A stretch of 64,000 bases of DNA, from NCBI GenBank assembly GCA_950097015.1, contig CATNEN010000003.1:13516001-13580000 (forward strand), read 5' to 3'. Within the stretch, counting starts at the first letter, position 1, and every line of letters begins with the position of its first letter. This document shows, piece after piece, positions 1-13,066 of this stretch. Origin of the DNA: Macrostomum hystrix. Taxonomy: Eukaryota > Animalia > Platyhelminthes. The notes under the pieces were generated by a model. The model made no database searches. It was not told the origin of the DNA and saw nothing but the letters and a program-made list of their open reading frames with translations. A program made the position numbers and the translations under genes.

Positions 1-108
1 AGGGAGAGATTAGATAAGGGAGAGATTAGATAAGGGAGAGATTAGACACCGGAGAGATGAGAAACGGGAGAGATAAGACATGGGAGAGATGAGACACTGG
101 AGACACGG
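1..108. repeat. 16-bp purine-rich tandem repeat (agggagagattagata), truncated at the window start
   Basis: Direct inspection. Confidence 0.7.
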
Positions 109-849
109 GACTTCTTGGAAAAGGGAAAAAAGCTAATTTTAAAAGTTCAGTTAAAATCCTCACACCTAAGTGAAGTGCCAATACAAAGGAAGGTGTAATA
201 GCCAAGGTGAAGTGGGATGGTTAATCCTCTCTAAACATGAAGAGCGTTCCGTTATAGAATTTCAACAATGGAGCTAAAGCTCAGTCCAATATACTCTCCT
301 ATTCAGATATTACAATACACTAGCACCATTCTTCTGCTTGTGCAGTCATTGAGAAGAAGAAATAAGATGAGAATTCTGAATAGATTTAAACAGAAGCAGG
401 GTATAATGGGCTGACTGTCTCTTCTCTTCTACAACTCAATTAGGTCCTTGCCTTCTAGTTTCTGCTTAAATATTTTTGTCGTCATTTTTTTGCATTGTTT
501 AAAACAAAAATTAACCCGCATAGAAAATAAAATGGTTTTAATTGTTTTTTTTCTAGCACTAAGAGGTAAAAGCAGAAGCTTATTTAGAAACGGAGCATTA
601 AATCCCAAAGAAGATGAAGCAAAATCAAGCAAATTTCTGTCTCACCTGAGGCTGTGAAAATCGGGTCAATGATTAAAAACAGATCTTGCAAATGCGATTT
701 GAAACACCTAAATTTCTAACATTTAATGTAGCCATGATAAATTTTAATTTATCATGGTGTTTTATACAGCTCGAAACAGCATAAAATTTACTCGGACTAA
801 ATCTCAGATTTCATTCATCTTAAATCTAGTAGCTGAAATACAAAATCAG

Positions 850-1256
850 TCGATAATAAATATCCCTTAATCCAATCGATAATAAAATATCCCATAATCC
901 AATCGATAATTAAATATCCCATAATCCAATCGATAATAAAATATCCCATAATCCAATCGATAATTAAATATCCCATATTCCAATCGATAATTAAATATCC
1001 CATAATCCAATCGATAATAAATATCCCATAATCCAATCAATAATAAAATATCCCATAATCCAATCGATAATTAAATATCCCATAATCCAATCGATAATAA
1101 ATATCCCATAATCCAATCGATAATAAATATCCCATAATCCAACCGATAGTTAAATATCCCATAATCCAATCGATAATAAAATATCTCATAATCCAATCGA
1201 TAAGAAAATATCCCAAAATCCAATCGATAATAAAATATCCCATAATCCAATCAATA
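850..1256. repeat. About 27-bp minisatellite (atcgataataaaatatcccataatcca)
   Basis: About 15 tandem copies ending just before the Islet acceptor. Confidence 0.9.
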
Positions 1257-1277
1257 TTTCTTATCCTAATATTGCAG

Positions 1278-1687
1278 GCTGTTTGCGAATCGTTGCGCAA
1301 AATGTGATATCGCCTTCTCGAAGACCGATTTAGTGATGCGCGCCAGATCAAAGGTCTATCATATCGACTGTTTCCGCTGTGACACCTGCTCGAGACAGCT
1401 GACACCGGGTGAAGAATATGCCGTTAGAAACGACAGCCTGCTGTGTCGGGCCGACTTTGATGCCATGGAGTTATTGTCGAAATCGCCCATCTGCGGCACT
1501 TTAAACACGATGGATGCAGAATTTGGCAACACCAGCAACACCAGCTCCTCTGGCGTTGTCAACAACAACAACAGCTCCAAAATGATTAACAACAACAACA
1601 GCAGCAGCAGCAATAGTAACAGCAATAACAATAATATTAGCGGTAGTCGGGACAGCCTTAACGATCAAGACCTTGATAGCAGAGATG
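1278..1687 (+). CDS. isl: Islet (ISL1/2-like) LIM-homeobox gene, internal exon encoding LIM domain 2 and an Asn/Ser-rich linker
   Basis: Acceptor ttgcag at 1277, donor G|gtgagt at 1688. Translation [59 protein letters not shown] matches Islet LIM2. The LIM1 exon(s) lie upstream of the window. Confidence 0.93.
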
Positions 1688-1706
1688 GTGAGTTTTTATT
1701 AAATGG

Positions 1707-2219
1707 TGTTTGTCTAACAGGTCGATAGTTTGTCTAACAGGCAGATTGTTTGTCTAACAGGTCGATAGTTTGTCTAACAGGCAGATATTCAGTATAACAG
1801 GTAGATTGTTTGTCTAACAGGTAGATTGTTTGTCTAACAGGTAGATTGTTTGTCTAACAGGTAGGTTGTTTGTCTAACAGGTAGATTGTTTGTCTAACAG
1901 GCAGATTGTTTTTCTAACAGCTAGATAATTTGTCTAACAGCTAGATTGTTTGTCTAACAGCTAGATAGTTTGTCTAACAGCTAGATAGTTTGTCTAACAG
2001 GTAGATTGTTTGTCTAACAGGTAGATTGTTTGTCTAACAGGTAGATGGTTTGTCTAACAGATAGATGGTTTGTCTAACAGGTAGATTGTTTGTCTAACAG
2101 GTAGATTGTTTGTCTAACAGATAGATGGTTTGTCTAACAGGTAGATTGTTTGTCTAACAGGTAGATTGTTTGTCTAACAGGTAGATTGTTTGTCTAACAG
2201 TAAGTTTCTTTGTCTAACA
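1707..2219. repeat. 20-bp minisatellite (gtttgtctaacaggtagatt)
   Basis: About 25 copies starting 20 nt after the Islet donor. Confidence 0.92.
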
Positions 2220-3499
2220 AGTTCTAGATAGTTTTTTCTAGATACTTTGTCATTATAAATGAAAAATTATAATATTTTTGTCTACTATTCAGTTTTTTAA
2301 TATTTAATAATTTTCTTGAGAAATATTATCAACTGCAGTTCGAACTAAAGCATCTATAGAACATGTTTCGAAGCGAGCCCTATAGGGAAAATAAGGGAAA
2401 AAATCCCCCCCCTATGGAAAGGGAATTGGGATTTCCTACTCCCATGGTTTGGGGTTTAGTGTACCGCCAGTTGCAATGCTCTCATGAATTAGTGAATGTG
2501 GAAGCTGCAATGGCAGGCATTGCATGAGGAATCGCCTTTTAAAAGCTTCATCGCGTATTAGCCCGAGCCTAAACTGAGCACTCCCCCCCCTGCCCTCTCT
2601 CTCTGATTAGGTTAACACAACCCACTTTGCCGCATCACTCCGCTTTTAACCCTTTAACCCGGCCGGATCTTCTCAGCCAGCAGCAGCAGCAGCAGCAGTC
2701 CAGTGGTCTTCCTGTCAGTTGCAGCAGTCAATTAGGAAATGGATAACTTGCCGAGATCGGAATAAGAATAAAAAGAGAGAGAAAGTGGAAAGAAAGAATT
2801 TGGGATCCTAGTGTCGGTAAAATGGGATTACGAAACCTAGAGATAGATTGAGAATAGCCGGTCCAATATGTGTCGTAGAAAAATAAAAGAATTATTCTTT
2901 CAAATAAGACAAAAGGCTACTCGAATATTTCAATGAAAAATATATATGATTTTTTGAGTGACTGACGTGTCCACCACTTATGCCATGAGCGAAGTCAGGC
3001 CTGTCTGTGGCGCCATTTTTTTTCAGCTGGGCACCGGGATTTTGGGAAAGGGGAAGAGTGGGATAAATGGGAGTTATTTGCTCGGCGCCAAGGTCAGTCT
3101 GCAGGGAGCTAAAGGCATGTTGGTCGGCCATCCACTTTCCACTGTCTGCACTGTTTCTTGTCCTTCGATTCGCTGGCGCGGCCTCAGCCACCGCCGCAGC
3201 CGCCGCCGTCGCCTCCGCTGCTGCTGCTGCTGCTGCTGATGCTGTATCTCCGTCTCCGTCTGGTCTGCTCCATTTCGCGTTTGTGCCTGTGTGTGTGTCT
3301 GCTGTTTCCTATTGGAACTATTGGGGGCCTAAGCTTTACGTCGATCCAAAAGAACTATTGGATTCGAAACTAAACCATTTTTGTCGTTTTGAAACGACTA
3401 TGTTCTAGTCATGTTATATAGCCATATATTTTTGTGATATATATGCACAATTACATGTGTTTTTTTACAAAAAATATTACCATGGTTAGAGACAATGAG

Positions 3500-3940
3500 C
3501 CAGACAGAGAGACAGACAGAGAGACAGACAGAGAGACAGACAGAGGGACAGAGAGACAGACAGAGAGACAGACAGAGAGACAGAGAGACAGACAGAGAGA
3601 CAGAGAGACAGACAGAGAGACAGACAGAGAGACAGAGAAACAGAGAAACAGAGAAACAGAGAAACAGAGAGACAGAGACAGAGAGTCAGAGAGACACAGA
3701 GACAGAGAGTCAGAGAGACACAGAGACAGAGAGACACAGAGACAGAGAGTCAGAGAGACACAGAGACAGAGAGTCAGAGAGACAGAGAGACACAGAGACA
3801 GAGAGTCAGAGAGACAGAGAGACACAGAGACAGAGAGTCAGAGAGACAGAGAGACACAGAGAGACAGAACAGACAGAGAAACAAAGAGTCAAAGAGACAG
3901 AGAGAGAGACAGAGAGACAGTGACAGTCAGAACAGAGAGA
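3500..3940. repeat. AG/AGAC compound microsatellite
   Basis: Direct inspection. Confidence 0.9.
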
Positions 3941-3996
3941 GGCAGTAGTTCCGCCAAGCCAATATCTCACATTCCATCCTTTCCTATCCACACCAG

Positions 3997-4388
3997 ACGA
4001 GGACTCTCTGCAGAGTCCATCAGGAAACTCGGAGACTCAGTCCAACTGCGATCGCTCGTCAATCAGCGGTGGCGGCAGCGGACTGGTCAAGCATTCTTCC
4101 TCTAGCGTAGCCGGCGGAGGCGGAGGCGGCGGAGGCTCGAAACGCAGCAAGAACTCCGGCAAGGATAGCAAGACAACTCGAGTGAGAACTGTACTCAACG
4201 AGAAGCAGTTGCACACGCTGCGCACCTGTTACGCGGCTAATCCGAGACCTGACGCTCTGATGAAGGAGCAGCTGGTCGAGATGACGGGCCTTAGTCCCAG
4301 AGTGATTCGAGTCTGGTTTCAGAATAAACGCTGCAAGGACAAGAAGAAGCAGATATTGATCAAACAGATGGAGAATCAGCAGCAGAAG
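3997..4388 (+). CDS. isl: Islet exon encoding the homeodomain
   Basis: Acceptor caccag at 3996, phase-compatible with the previous exon. Encodes [59 protein letters not shown], the Islet homeodomain. Donor AAG|gttggt at 4389. Confidence 0.96.
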
Positions 4389-4479
4389 GTTGGTGCTGGA
4401 GTCTTTTTAATTCTCTAATAACTAACATTTATGAATGGGCTTTGTTATTCGATAATAACATCAACATAATATAAAACAT

Positions 4480-5390
4480 AGAGAGGGGAAATGAGATAAG
4501 GAAATTAGGAGACGAAAGAAGACAGGAGAAACGAGAGAGTAGAGACTAGAGAGTAGAGATGAGAGATAAGAAATGAGAGATAAGAGAGTAGATAGTAGAC
4601 AGGAGAGAGGAGAGATGACAGAGAAGAGAGTAGAGAGGAGAGATGAGAGATGAGAGATGAGAGAGGAGAGAGTAGAGAGGAGAGAGGAGAGATGAGAGAG
4701 AAGAGAGTAGAGAGGAGAGAGTAGAGAGGAGAGAGGAGAGATGAGAGATGAGAGATGAGAGAGGAGAGAGTAGAGAGGAGAGAGGAGAGATGAGAGAGAA
4801 GAGAGTAGAGAGTAGAGAGTAGAGAGGAGAGATGAGAGAGGAGAGATGAGAGATGAGAGATGAGAGATGAGAGATGAGAGATGAGAGATGAGAGAGAAGA
4901 GAGTAGAGAGGAGAGATGAGAGAGGAGAGATGAGAGATGAGAGATGAGAGAGAAGAGAGTAGAGAGGAGAGATGAGAGAGGAGAGATGAGAGAGGAGAGA
5001 TGAGAGAGGAGAGATGAGAGAGGAGAGATGAGAGAGGAGAGATGAGAGAGGAGAGATGAGAGAGGAGAGATGAGAGATGAGAGAGGAGAGATGAGAGAGT
5101 AGAGATGGGAGATAAGAGATGAGAGAGGAGAGATGAGAGAGTAGAGATGGGAGATAAGAGATGAGAGAGGAGAGATGAGAGAGTAGAGATGGGAGATAAG
5201 AGATGAGAGAGGAGAGAGAAGAGATGAGAGAGTAGAGATGGGAGATAAGAGATGAGAGAGGAGAGAGAAGAGATGAGAGAGTAGAGATGGGAGATGAGAG
5301 ATGAGAGATGAGAGATGAGAGAGGAGAGATGAGAGAGGATAAATGAGAGAGGAGAGAGGAGGCATGAGGCAGGATAGAGGACAAGAGACA
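4480..5390. repeat. Purine-rich compound repeat (gagagat / gagagga units)
   Basis: Direct inspection. Confidence 0.9.
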
Positions 5391-6122
5391 TCTAGATTAT
5401 ATTTTTCAATAACAAATTACGAATTTCCAACAAAGTCAGAAAATAAATATTAAATATTCCTCAACGTTGATTAATTTCGTTATCTGCACAATTAATTCGT
5501 AAATTATTACGGCAGAAAAAAATTAGTTCAAAGAATTTAGCAATCTGCCGACTAAGAAAGCTAGTTTGAGTCACTGCCAATTATATGAAGCTTGGTTGAG
5601 TTTGAAACAGAACTTGTTGGTTTTGTATCGCATCTGATGATGTAGCTAATCTGGAAAAAAAGAGAAACGAAATAAAGGTGACAATCAAAGACATGCTTCC
5701 TCGGAAAGATATATTTTAGTTCGCTACTAAGATAGGCAAGGAATTTTGAAGATGATGAGAGATTTAGAATTAATGCTCAAGAATGGTCAGAGTATCAATC
5801 TGTAGCTATTTTTTGTTAAATTGCAAGCATTGCAAAAGCCGAAGTTTAAAATGAAAATAAAGCTTTTAGTGTCCGAAAAAGTTTCAACTCAATTCGGAAA
5901 TTTTGCATTCTAAACTTCTTGCATTCGCACAACAGTCTTAGATTTTAGCTACAAGAAATACAATTGGCAATGATATTTTGTCAGTGCTACTCATACTTGT
6001 AGCGAAATGATTGGTGAAATTCTTGAGAACTAGGTGATGAAGCAGAGAGACTGGAAGCGATGATTTGGTAGTGCAAGTTGGGTTACAACAGAAAATAAAT
6101 TTGAGGCAGAGGAGGGTAGAAT

Positions 6123-7180
6123 AACGAAGGATAAAAAGGCGAAGGATAGAATGGCGAAGGATAGAACGGCGAAGGATAGAATGGCGAAGGATAGAACGGC
6201 GAAGGATAGAATGGTGAAGGATAGAATGGCGAAGGATAGAATGTCGAAGGATAGAAAGGCGAAGGATAGAATGGCGAAAGATATAAAGCCGAAGGATAGA
6301 ATGGCGAAGGAAAGAACGGCGAAGGATAGAACGGCGAAGGATAGAATGGCGAAAGGTATAAAGCCGAAGGATAGAATGGCGAAGGATATAAAGCCGAAGG
6401 ATAGAATGGCGAAGGATAGAACGGCGAAGGATAGAATGGTGAAGGATAGAATGGCGAAGGATAGAATGTCGAAGGATAGAAAGGCGAAGGATAGAATGGC
6501 GAAAGATATAAAGCCGAAGGATAGAATGGCGAAGGAAAGAACGGCGAAGGATAGAACGGCGAAGGATAGAATGGCGAAAGGTATAAAGCCGAAGGATAGA
6601 ATGGCGAAGGATATAAAGCCGAAGGATAGAATGGCGAAGGATAGAACGGCGAAGGATAGAATGGCGAAGGATAGAATGGCGAAGGATAGAATGGCGAAGG
6701 ATAGAATGGCGAAGGATATAATGGCGAAGGATAGAATGGCGAAGGATAGAATGGCGAAGGATAGAATGGCGAAGGATAGAATGGCGAAGGATAGAATGGC
6801 GAAGGATAGAATGGCGAAGGATAGAATGGCGAAGGATAGAATGGCGAAGGATAGAATGGCGAAGGATAGAATGGCGAAGGATAGAATGGCGAAGGATAGA
6901 ATGGCGAAGGATAGAATGGCGAAGGATATAATGGCGAAGGATAGAATGGCGAAGGATAGAATGGCGAAGGATAGAATGGCGAAGGATAGAATGGCGAAGG
7001 ATAGAATGGCGAAGGATAGAATGGCGAAGGATAGAATGGCGAAGGATATAATGGCGAAGGATAGAACGGCGAAGGATAGAGCGGCGAAGGATAGAATGGT
7101 GAAGGATCGAATGGCGAAGGATAGAATGGCGAAGGATAGAATGGCGAAGGATCGAATGGCGAAGGATAGAACGGCGAAAG
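6123..7180. repeat. 15-bp minisatellite (atggcgaaggataga)
   Basis: About 70 copies ending about 35 nt before the Islet acceptor. Confidence 0.93.
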
Positions 7181-7216
7181 TGATAAATCCGGTTCCCGAT
7201 CATCCCAAACCCGCAG

Positions 7217-7558
7217 CGCACTCTAAGCGGTGTTCCGATGATCGCCACCTCGCCGGTGCCCCATCTCGGGTCAAGCTGCGGTGTGGCTTCATCAGCAATC
7301 GGTCAGCCCATCGATGTACAGTCCTACGTGTCGCCTTGGGGGATGCATCCTCAGCACCTATCAGATCACGTGACTGGCGATCAGCAACAGCAGCAGCAGT
7401 CGCAACTGCAGCCACCTCCGCCGCCACCATTTCAACAGTTAGTTAGCGCCTACCAGAATATGTACCCGTCTGATGAAGAGGATGACACCTGTGTCTCGCT
7501 GCCTGATCCAGATTCCTGCATCTATCAGTCGGCACTAGCCAGTAGGCAACCAATTTGA
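7217..7558 (+). CDS. isl: Islet terminal coding exon (Lhx3-binding-domain-like region)
   Basis: Acceptor ccgcag at 7216, phase 0. [14 protein letters not shown]...[11 protein letters not shown] resembles Islet GTPMVAASP...PVEVQSYQPPW. Ends at TGA 7558. Confidence 0.85.
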   Translation, partial: RTLSGVPMIATSPVPHLGSSCGVASSAIGQPIDVQSYVSPWGMHPQHLSDHVTGDQQQQQQSQLQPPPPPPFQQLVSAYQNMYPSDEEDDTCVSLPDPDSCIYQSALASRQPI

Positions 7559-9410
7559 TTTCATTTTAGTGAGAAAACTATTGAGGTAGGTTATATTGAA
7601 GCAAGGAATGAGTGTTTCTCAAGCTTTGTATGATTTCATTTCAATTAGATTGGATTTTTGTCTTTTTAATAAGCAGCTGTTTCTCTATTTAAAAGCTAAG
7701 ATTTTTCATTTCCAGCATCTCGTCGATAAATCAAAGACTTTTAATAGGGTGAGAATTACGAGTACAAGAGTCACATTGTAACAAACGCATCGTAAGCACA
7801 TAGCTAAAATGCAAAAAATCTAATTTAGATAGTCGCTATTTCACATTCGCAAACAATTGTAGTTGGTTGTTGACACTGACTCGCTTCTCTTCTCGCAATT
7901 TTTGCAATTTTTTGTTTTAAATTTAAACTTTTTTACTTTGCACCCAAACAAACAAAAAGTCCGTTATGTTTAAGCTGTTGCATGTTTAAATAATAATGTT
8001 TCGTTTTCTTATTCTAGTTGCCATGAAAAAAACATGAAATCGATATAGATTTTTCTTCCTCTTGCCAACAAAATAAGTAGGTCAACAATGCATGATCTGT
8101 TTAACCACTTTTTAGTATTAAAAAACAATTGAACGCTCTCTCACTGTGTTTTGTAACTTAACCGCGTTTCTTACAATCGGAAATCTGTGAATTTCAGTAA
8201 AATTTCTCTCTATCAATATAGATTATCCACTAAGATCAAAGTAAAATAAACAAAAAAACAAGTAAGCTTAATCCAAAAAACTCATTTTCAAAAGTGTATG
8301 TAGCACATCTGTTTGCATGCACTGACCTCAAACATGCCATCTTTTTTGTCAATTTTGTTTGAATTTGCTTGCATTGTTAAGCATTGTCGATTATTATTAA
8401 TGTGAAGTTGAACCTAATAAATGTTAAAACCATTGATTCATTTTTTCGTTAATTTGTGTAGTTCTGACGCAAATTTCTGTAATTAATAATGCAAGTGTAT
8501 AAAATTGAAATCTGAATCTAAATATAAAAACACAGGCTTTTTATGAATAACTCTTAAGTAGTTATTGCTGCTTTTTAAGCTAATATCTGCTTTTCTTGCC
8601 TTAGCTTCCAAATAAAAACTAATTTTCTAAATCTAAAATCCAATCCTTGGTGTGGCGTCAAACTTGGTTTCCGGTGGAGTCGAGAATCGAACCCCGACCT
8701 TCAAGGCTACAACCTACTTTTTGTTGGATTCTACGTTAAACGAAAGCCATAAAATTTTAATTTTTGCGGTAAGGTTTTAAAAATCCTAGCAAAAGTCCAA
8801 CACACTGCTCGGCATAGTCACTAGAGGCGGAAGGTGTGAAGGCGTCATATGACTGTCCATTTATATCAATCGGGTGGGCATCCCATAAACCTTAACGCAG
8901 CGTATGGCATGTGGCAAGCAGATGTGGTTGTCACACTTTACCATCCCCACCCCCACACAATGCGCCGCATTCTTTGCCTGCAGCATCTGAAACCCGCCCT
9001 CAGGGCGCGGATATGACACATTTTCAGCAGGTGGGGGTCAGCACGGGTGCCATCTCTACCCGTGTTCGACTCTTTCTGGTCGGCATTCTTTTCCTATTTT
9101 TTCTCCCCAACCATCCCCCCCTGTGTCTTTGCTATTTCTTCTTTCGCAGCTGACGCGAAGTGAAATCTGCAAACGGGAGGGGGGGTAAAAAAGCAAGAGA
9201 AAAAAGAGAATTGAAGTTAGACTGCTGGATTGAAAGACAAGCGTGCTTTTTGGGAGGCCTGAATTTGGCCTGTAGAAGCTTGGCATTGTAGAACCGCTTG
9301 GTATTACCATCCATTCACAACCGAGGTCGGAGATTAAAGAAAGCAGCAAATCTCACGTTGATTTGCTTAAAAAGATCGAGTCATTTTGAGCAGTCTTGTA
9401 GAAAATAAAC

Positions 9411-10632
9411 TTTCATCTCAGTCTATTCCTCTCTTTAATCTTACTCTATTCCTCTCTTTCATCTCACTCTATTCCTCTCTTTAATCTCACTCTATTCCTC
9501 TCTTTAATCTCAGTCTATTCCTCTCTTTCATCTCACTCTATTCCTCTCTTTCATCTCAGTCTATTCCTCTCTTTCATCTCACTCTATTCCTCTCTTTCAT
9601 CTCAGTCTATTCCTCTCTTTTATCTCACTCTATTCCTCTCTTTCATCTCACTCTATTCCTCTCTTTCATCTCACTCTATTCCTCTCTTTCATCTCACTCT
9701 ATTCCTCTCTTTCATCTCACTCTATTCCTCTCTTTCATCTCAGTCTATTCCTCTCTTTCATCTCAGTCTATTCCTCTCTTTTATCTCACTCTATTCCTCT
9801 CTTTCATCTCACTCTATTCCTCTCTTTCATCTCACTCTATTCCTCTCTTTCATCTCACTCTATTCCTCTCTTTCATCTCACTCTATTCCTCTCTTTCATC
9901 TCACTCTATTCCTCTCTTTCATCTCAGTCTATTCCTCTCTTTTATCTCACTCTATTCCTCTCTTTCATCTCACTCTATTCCTCTCTTTCATCTCACTCTA
10001 TTCCTCTCTTTCATCTCAGTCTATTCCTCTCTTTCATCTCACTCTATTCCTCTCTTTCATCTCAGTCTATTCCTCTCTTTCATCTCACTCTATTCCTCTC
10101 TTTAATCTCACTCTATTCCTCTCTTTCATCTCACTCTATTCCTCTCTTTCATCTCACTCTATTCCTCTCTTTCATCTCACTCTATTCCTCTCTTTCATCT
10201 CAGTCAATTCCTCTCTTTCATCTCACTCTATTCCTCTCTTTAATCTCACTCTATTCCTCTCTTTCATCTCACTCTATTCCTCTCTTTCATCTCACTCTAT
10301 TCCTCTCTTTCATCTCACTCTATTCCTCTCTTTCATCTCACTCTATTCCTCTCTTTCATCTCACTCTATTCCTCTCTTTCATCTCACTCTATTCCTCTCT
10401 TTCATCTCAGTCTATTCCTCTCTTTCATCTCACTCTATTCCTCTCTTTCATCTCACTCTATTCCTCTCTTTCATCTCACTCTATTCCTCTCTTTCATCTC
10501 ACTCTATTCCTCTCTTTCATCTCAGTCTATTCCTCTCTTTCATCTCAGTCTATTCCACTCTTTCATCTCAGTCTATTCCTCTCTTTTATCTCACTCTATT
10601 TCTCTGCTTCATCTCACTCTATTCCTCTCTCC
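9411..10632. repeat. 23-bp minisatellite (tttcatctcactctattcctctc)
   Basis: About 53 copies. Confidence 0.93.
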
Positions 10633-11205
10633 CTTCTGCATCTGCTCACCTTTCAATTGCCTGTATAGTTACTAGCCAGAAAATAAGTTAAAGTTAAGCA
10701 AGTTCGACATCCACTGCACCTGTCAATAAAACCACGGCAAATATTTCCCTAGTGACTAATGGATGCAAAGCCAAACACGATCAAGCCAGTTTTTCCTGAT
10801 TGAGTGAGTTAAAAACCAACACAGAATGGAAGCGCGAGTTTTTACGATCCAGAAAAGTCGCTTGTGATACAAAAAATCGAAGATAATACGAGCGCCTGAT
10901 TGTAACTTTCTTGTCAGAGTCGCATCACTTATCAGTGGCGTTGGCTATCAGTTTTCACTATGTTTTCATTAAAACAAATATGCATCTATAGCTATACTTT
11001 ATACCGATGTTACGAGCTTTATGAAGATTGCTTCATAATATTCTCAGCTCTGTGTATAATTGAAATCCAGATCAACCTCTCCTCCAGTCTCTTCCCCCTC
11101 TCTTTATCTCCTCTCTCCTCTCTCCTCTCTACTCGTTACTGTCTTATCTTTCTTCCCTACCGCTCTCCTCTCCCCTTCTTAGAGTGTCTGACCCATTTCA
11201 ATCTA

Positions 11206-11844
11206 AGAGGGGTGTTGCAAAAGTTTCCGGACTAATGCTCGTCGTGGTGATAATTTTAGTCTGATTTTAGTTTCAGAAAGTTTGGAGTTGATGGTCTAAA
11301 GTAATAAGCGATTGTACACTAGATTATTATAGTCATGAAATACGATTTCCGAGTTACAGCTACCAATCACTGTCAATGTCGCTTCTATCGCCGGATGCGT
11401 CCACAGGTTGATTGCTGGCTCGCTCCACGTATTCGCCATTTACGGAGATGCATTTTCTGTTTTCTGTTGACTTGTTGGCTGCTTGGATGACCTCCTCGCG
11501 CGTTGTGAAGATCTCGCCCCGAATTGGCATGTTTATTGGGTCAAAGAGGTGGAAATCGGCGACGGCGAGATCGGGACTGTAGGCTGGGTGGTTCAGCAGT
11601 CGTTGGAAGCTGGCTTTCCTTAGACCCGAACTCCGATGGATTCTTCGGTCGACTCATTTTCGCTCACTTAATTTTGGTTTGTGAAAAATCGTGTCAACAG
11701 CTTCAAAGGGTTGCAACCTATTTTGGCCCTCATGTATGCTGTGGTTGACCAAGCTGCATAAAATTTTAGGAAAAGTATTTTCTACGGCTGAATATACCAT
11801 AGACATCAATTTTCAGCCAAATCAAAATTTTGCAACACCCCTCG
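11206..11844 (-). mobile_element. Internally deleted mariner element (about 640 bp)
   Basis: TA-flanked TIRs (a/c)gaggggtgttgcaaaa at both ends. Minus-strand remnant LLNHPAYSPDLAVADFHLF...KCISVNGEYVE at about 11420-11600. Confidence 0.85.
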
Positions 11845-12360
11845 TACTTTCTGCTGTTTTATGAAATTTAGCCCCTTCTCTCTTTCTATTGATTTTTATC
11901 GGCGACTTTAAACTTAACATCTTCATTACTGCCCATCGCACCAAATAAATTTTACTTACTGTCTGCCCTGACGAAGAATGATATATAGTTATTCTAAAAT
12001 ACTTCAAATTTTCCTGCGATTTAAGGTGCTCTCCTCTCTCCTTCCCCTCCTCTCTGAAGTTAGGATCAAAGAAATTGTAATAAAGCATTTTTGAAGTGCT
12101 TTTCATAATCTTTCAAGCTACAATGCTTTCTTTTTTAGAGAAACAAAAGCCAAGAGTTTGAGAAAAATCTATGGAGCAATCTCTAAATTAAGAAAATTAA
12201 AAGTGGAATATTTACGCAATTGTTTAACTACTTTACGGAAACTAAATTTCAGAGTAAAAAACGCAAACTACTCTACTAAAATATTGGTCAGTAGCATACT
12301 AAAAATATGTGAAATATTTTGTGATAATTTCATATAGTTGATTCCGTGGATTTTTTGCCA

Positions 12361-12528
12361 CTAATTTCCAACACTAATTGAGGCATTGGCTTGCAAGCCC
12401 TGCTGCTGCTGCTGCTGCTTTCGTTGATTGTGCTGCATCTTTGGCTGTAGAGGAGGAAGAAATTCGCGATGAGCGCTAAGAATGCAACCGGCAGTGTGAG
12501 ACGGCTTCCCGCAAGCCAAGCAGAGGCC
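12361..12528 (-). CDS. RING/TRAF-ZnF gene terminal exon
   Basis: Acceptor actccag, phase 0. GLCLACGKPSHTAGCILSAH completes the Cys/His motif, followed by polyQ and TAG. Full model is about 329 aa including the micro-exons. Confidence 0.75.
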   Translation of the reverse strand, partial: GLCLACGKPSHTAGCILSAHREFLPPLQPKMQHNQRKQQQQQQGLQANASISVGN

Positions 12529-12620
12529 CTGGAGTTCGTTGCTTTTTGTTTTAGACATTGTCAAATCGGTAATCGATGTTAAAAAGCGTTTAATGACTCT
12601 AAATGAGAAGTTGTACTCAC

Positions 12621-12629
12621 CCCGAACGT
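12621..12629 (-). CDS. Putative 9-nt micro-exon (ACGTTCGGG, Thr-Phe-Gly)
   Basis: Minus strand reads tcaattttag|ACGTTCGGG|gtgagta, phase 0. Confidence 0.65.
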
Positions 12630-12739
12630 CTAAAATTGATGACGGGACGTGGCACAGAACGAGTTTAAAATGAAATGTAAAGTAGATTAACAAATTAGCA
12701 TTGTTCAAAAGTAGGTGGCGAGTCCGTTGCACAACTTAC

Positions 12740-12745
12740 TTGAAT
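12740..12745 (-). CDS. Putative 6-nt micro-exon (ATTCAA, Ile-Gln)
   Basis: Minus strand reads ttgattttcag|ATTCAA|gtaagtt, phase 0. Confidence 0.62.
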
Positions 12746-13063
12746 CTGAAAATCAATTTTAACAATTTTCTGTCAGCTTCCATCTTTTTAAGGCTTGTAA
12801 AATTTAAATAAGAAAAAACTAACTTACAATCTGTGAAGCAAGTTGTTACAATCGTTCGTTTGCTCATTAGAAACCAGTTGTATAGAGGTCCAGGATTACA
12901 TGAAAATTCAAAAGTATAATTTAGTACGTTTTGAAGGCAATTATAATAACTAATATTCATTTCATGCTAAAAGTACACTCGCTGAGTAAGTTCCAATCAA
13001 ACAATAGGCTTACTACGAAGTTTGTTGTGGGATTTTCATTCTACGATGGTCCTGTTGACTTAC

Positions 13064-13066
13064 CGG
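13064..13066 (-). CDS. Putative 3-nt micro-exon (CCG, Pro) of the RING/TRAF-ZnF gene
   Basis: Minus strand reads ccaattttcag|CCG|gtaagtc: strong acceptor and perfect donor 3 nt apart, phase 0. Confidence 0.6.

Noticed and set aside
5938-7446. 431 and 436 aa MAKDR/ILRHS ORFs
   Set aside because: 15-bp intronic minisatellite; the true Islet exon begins at 7217 in another frame.
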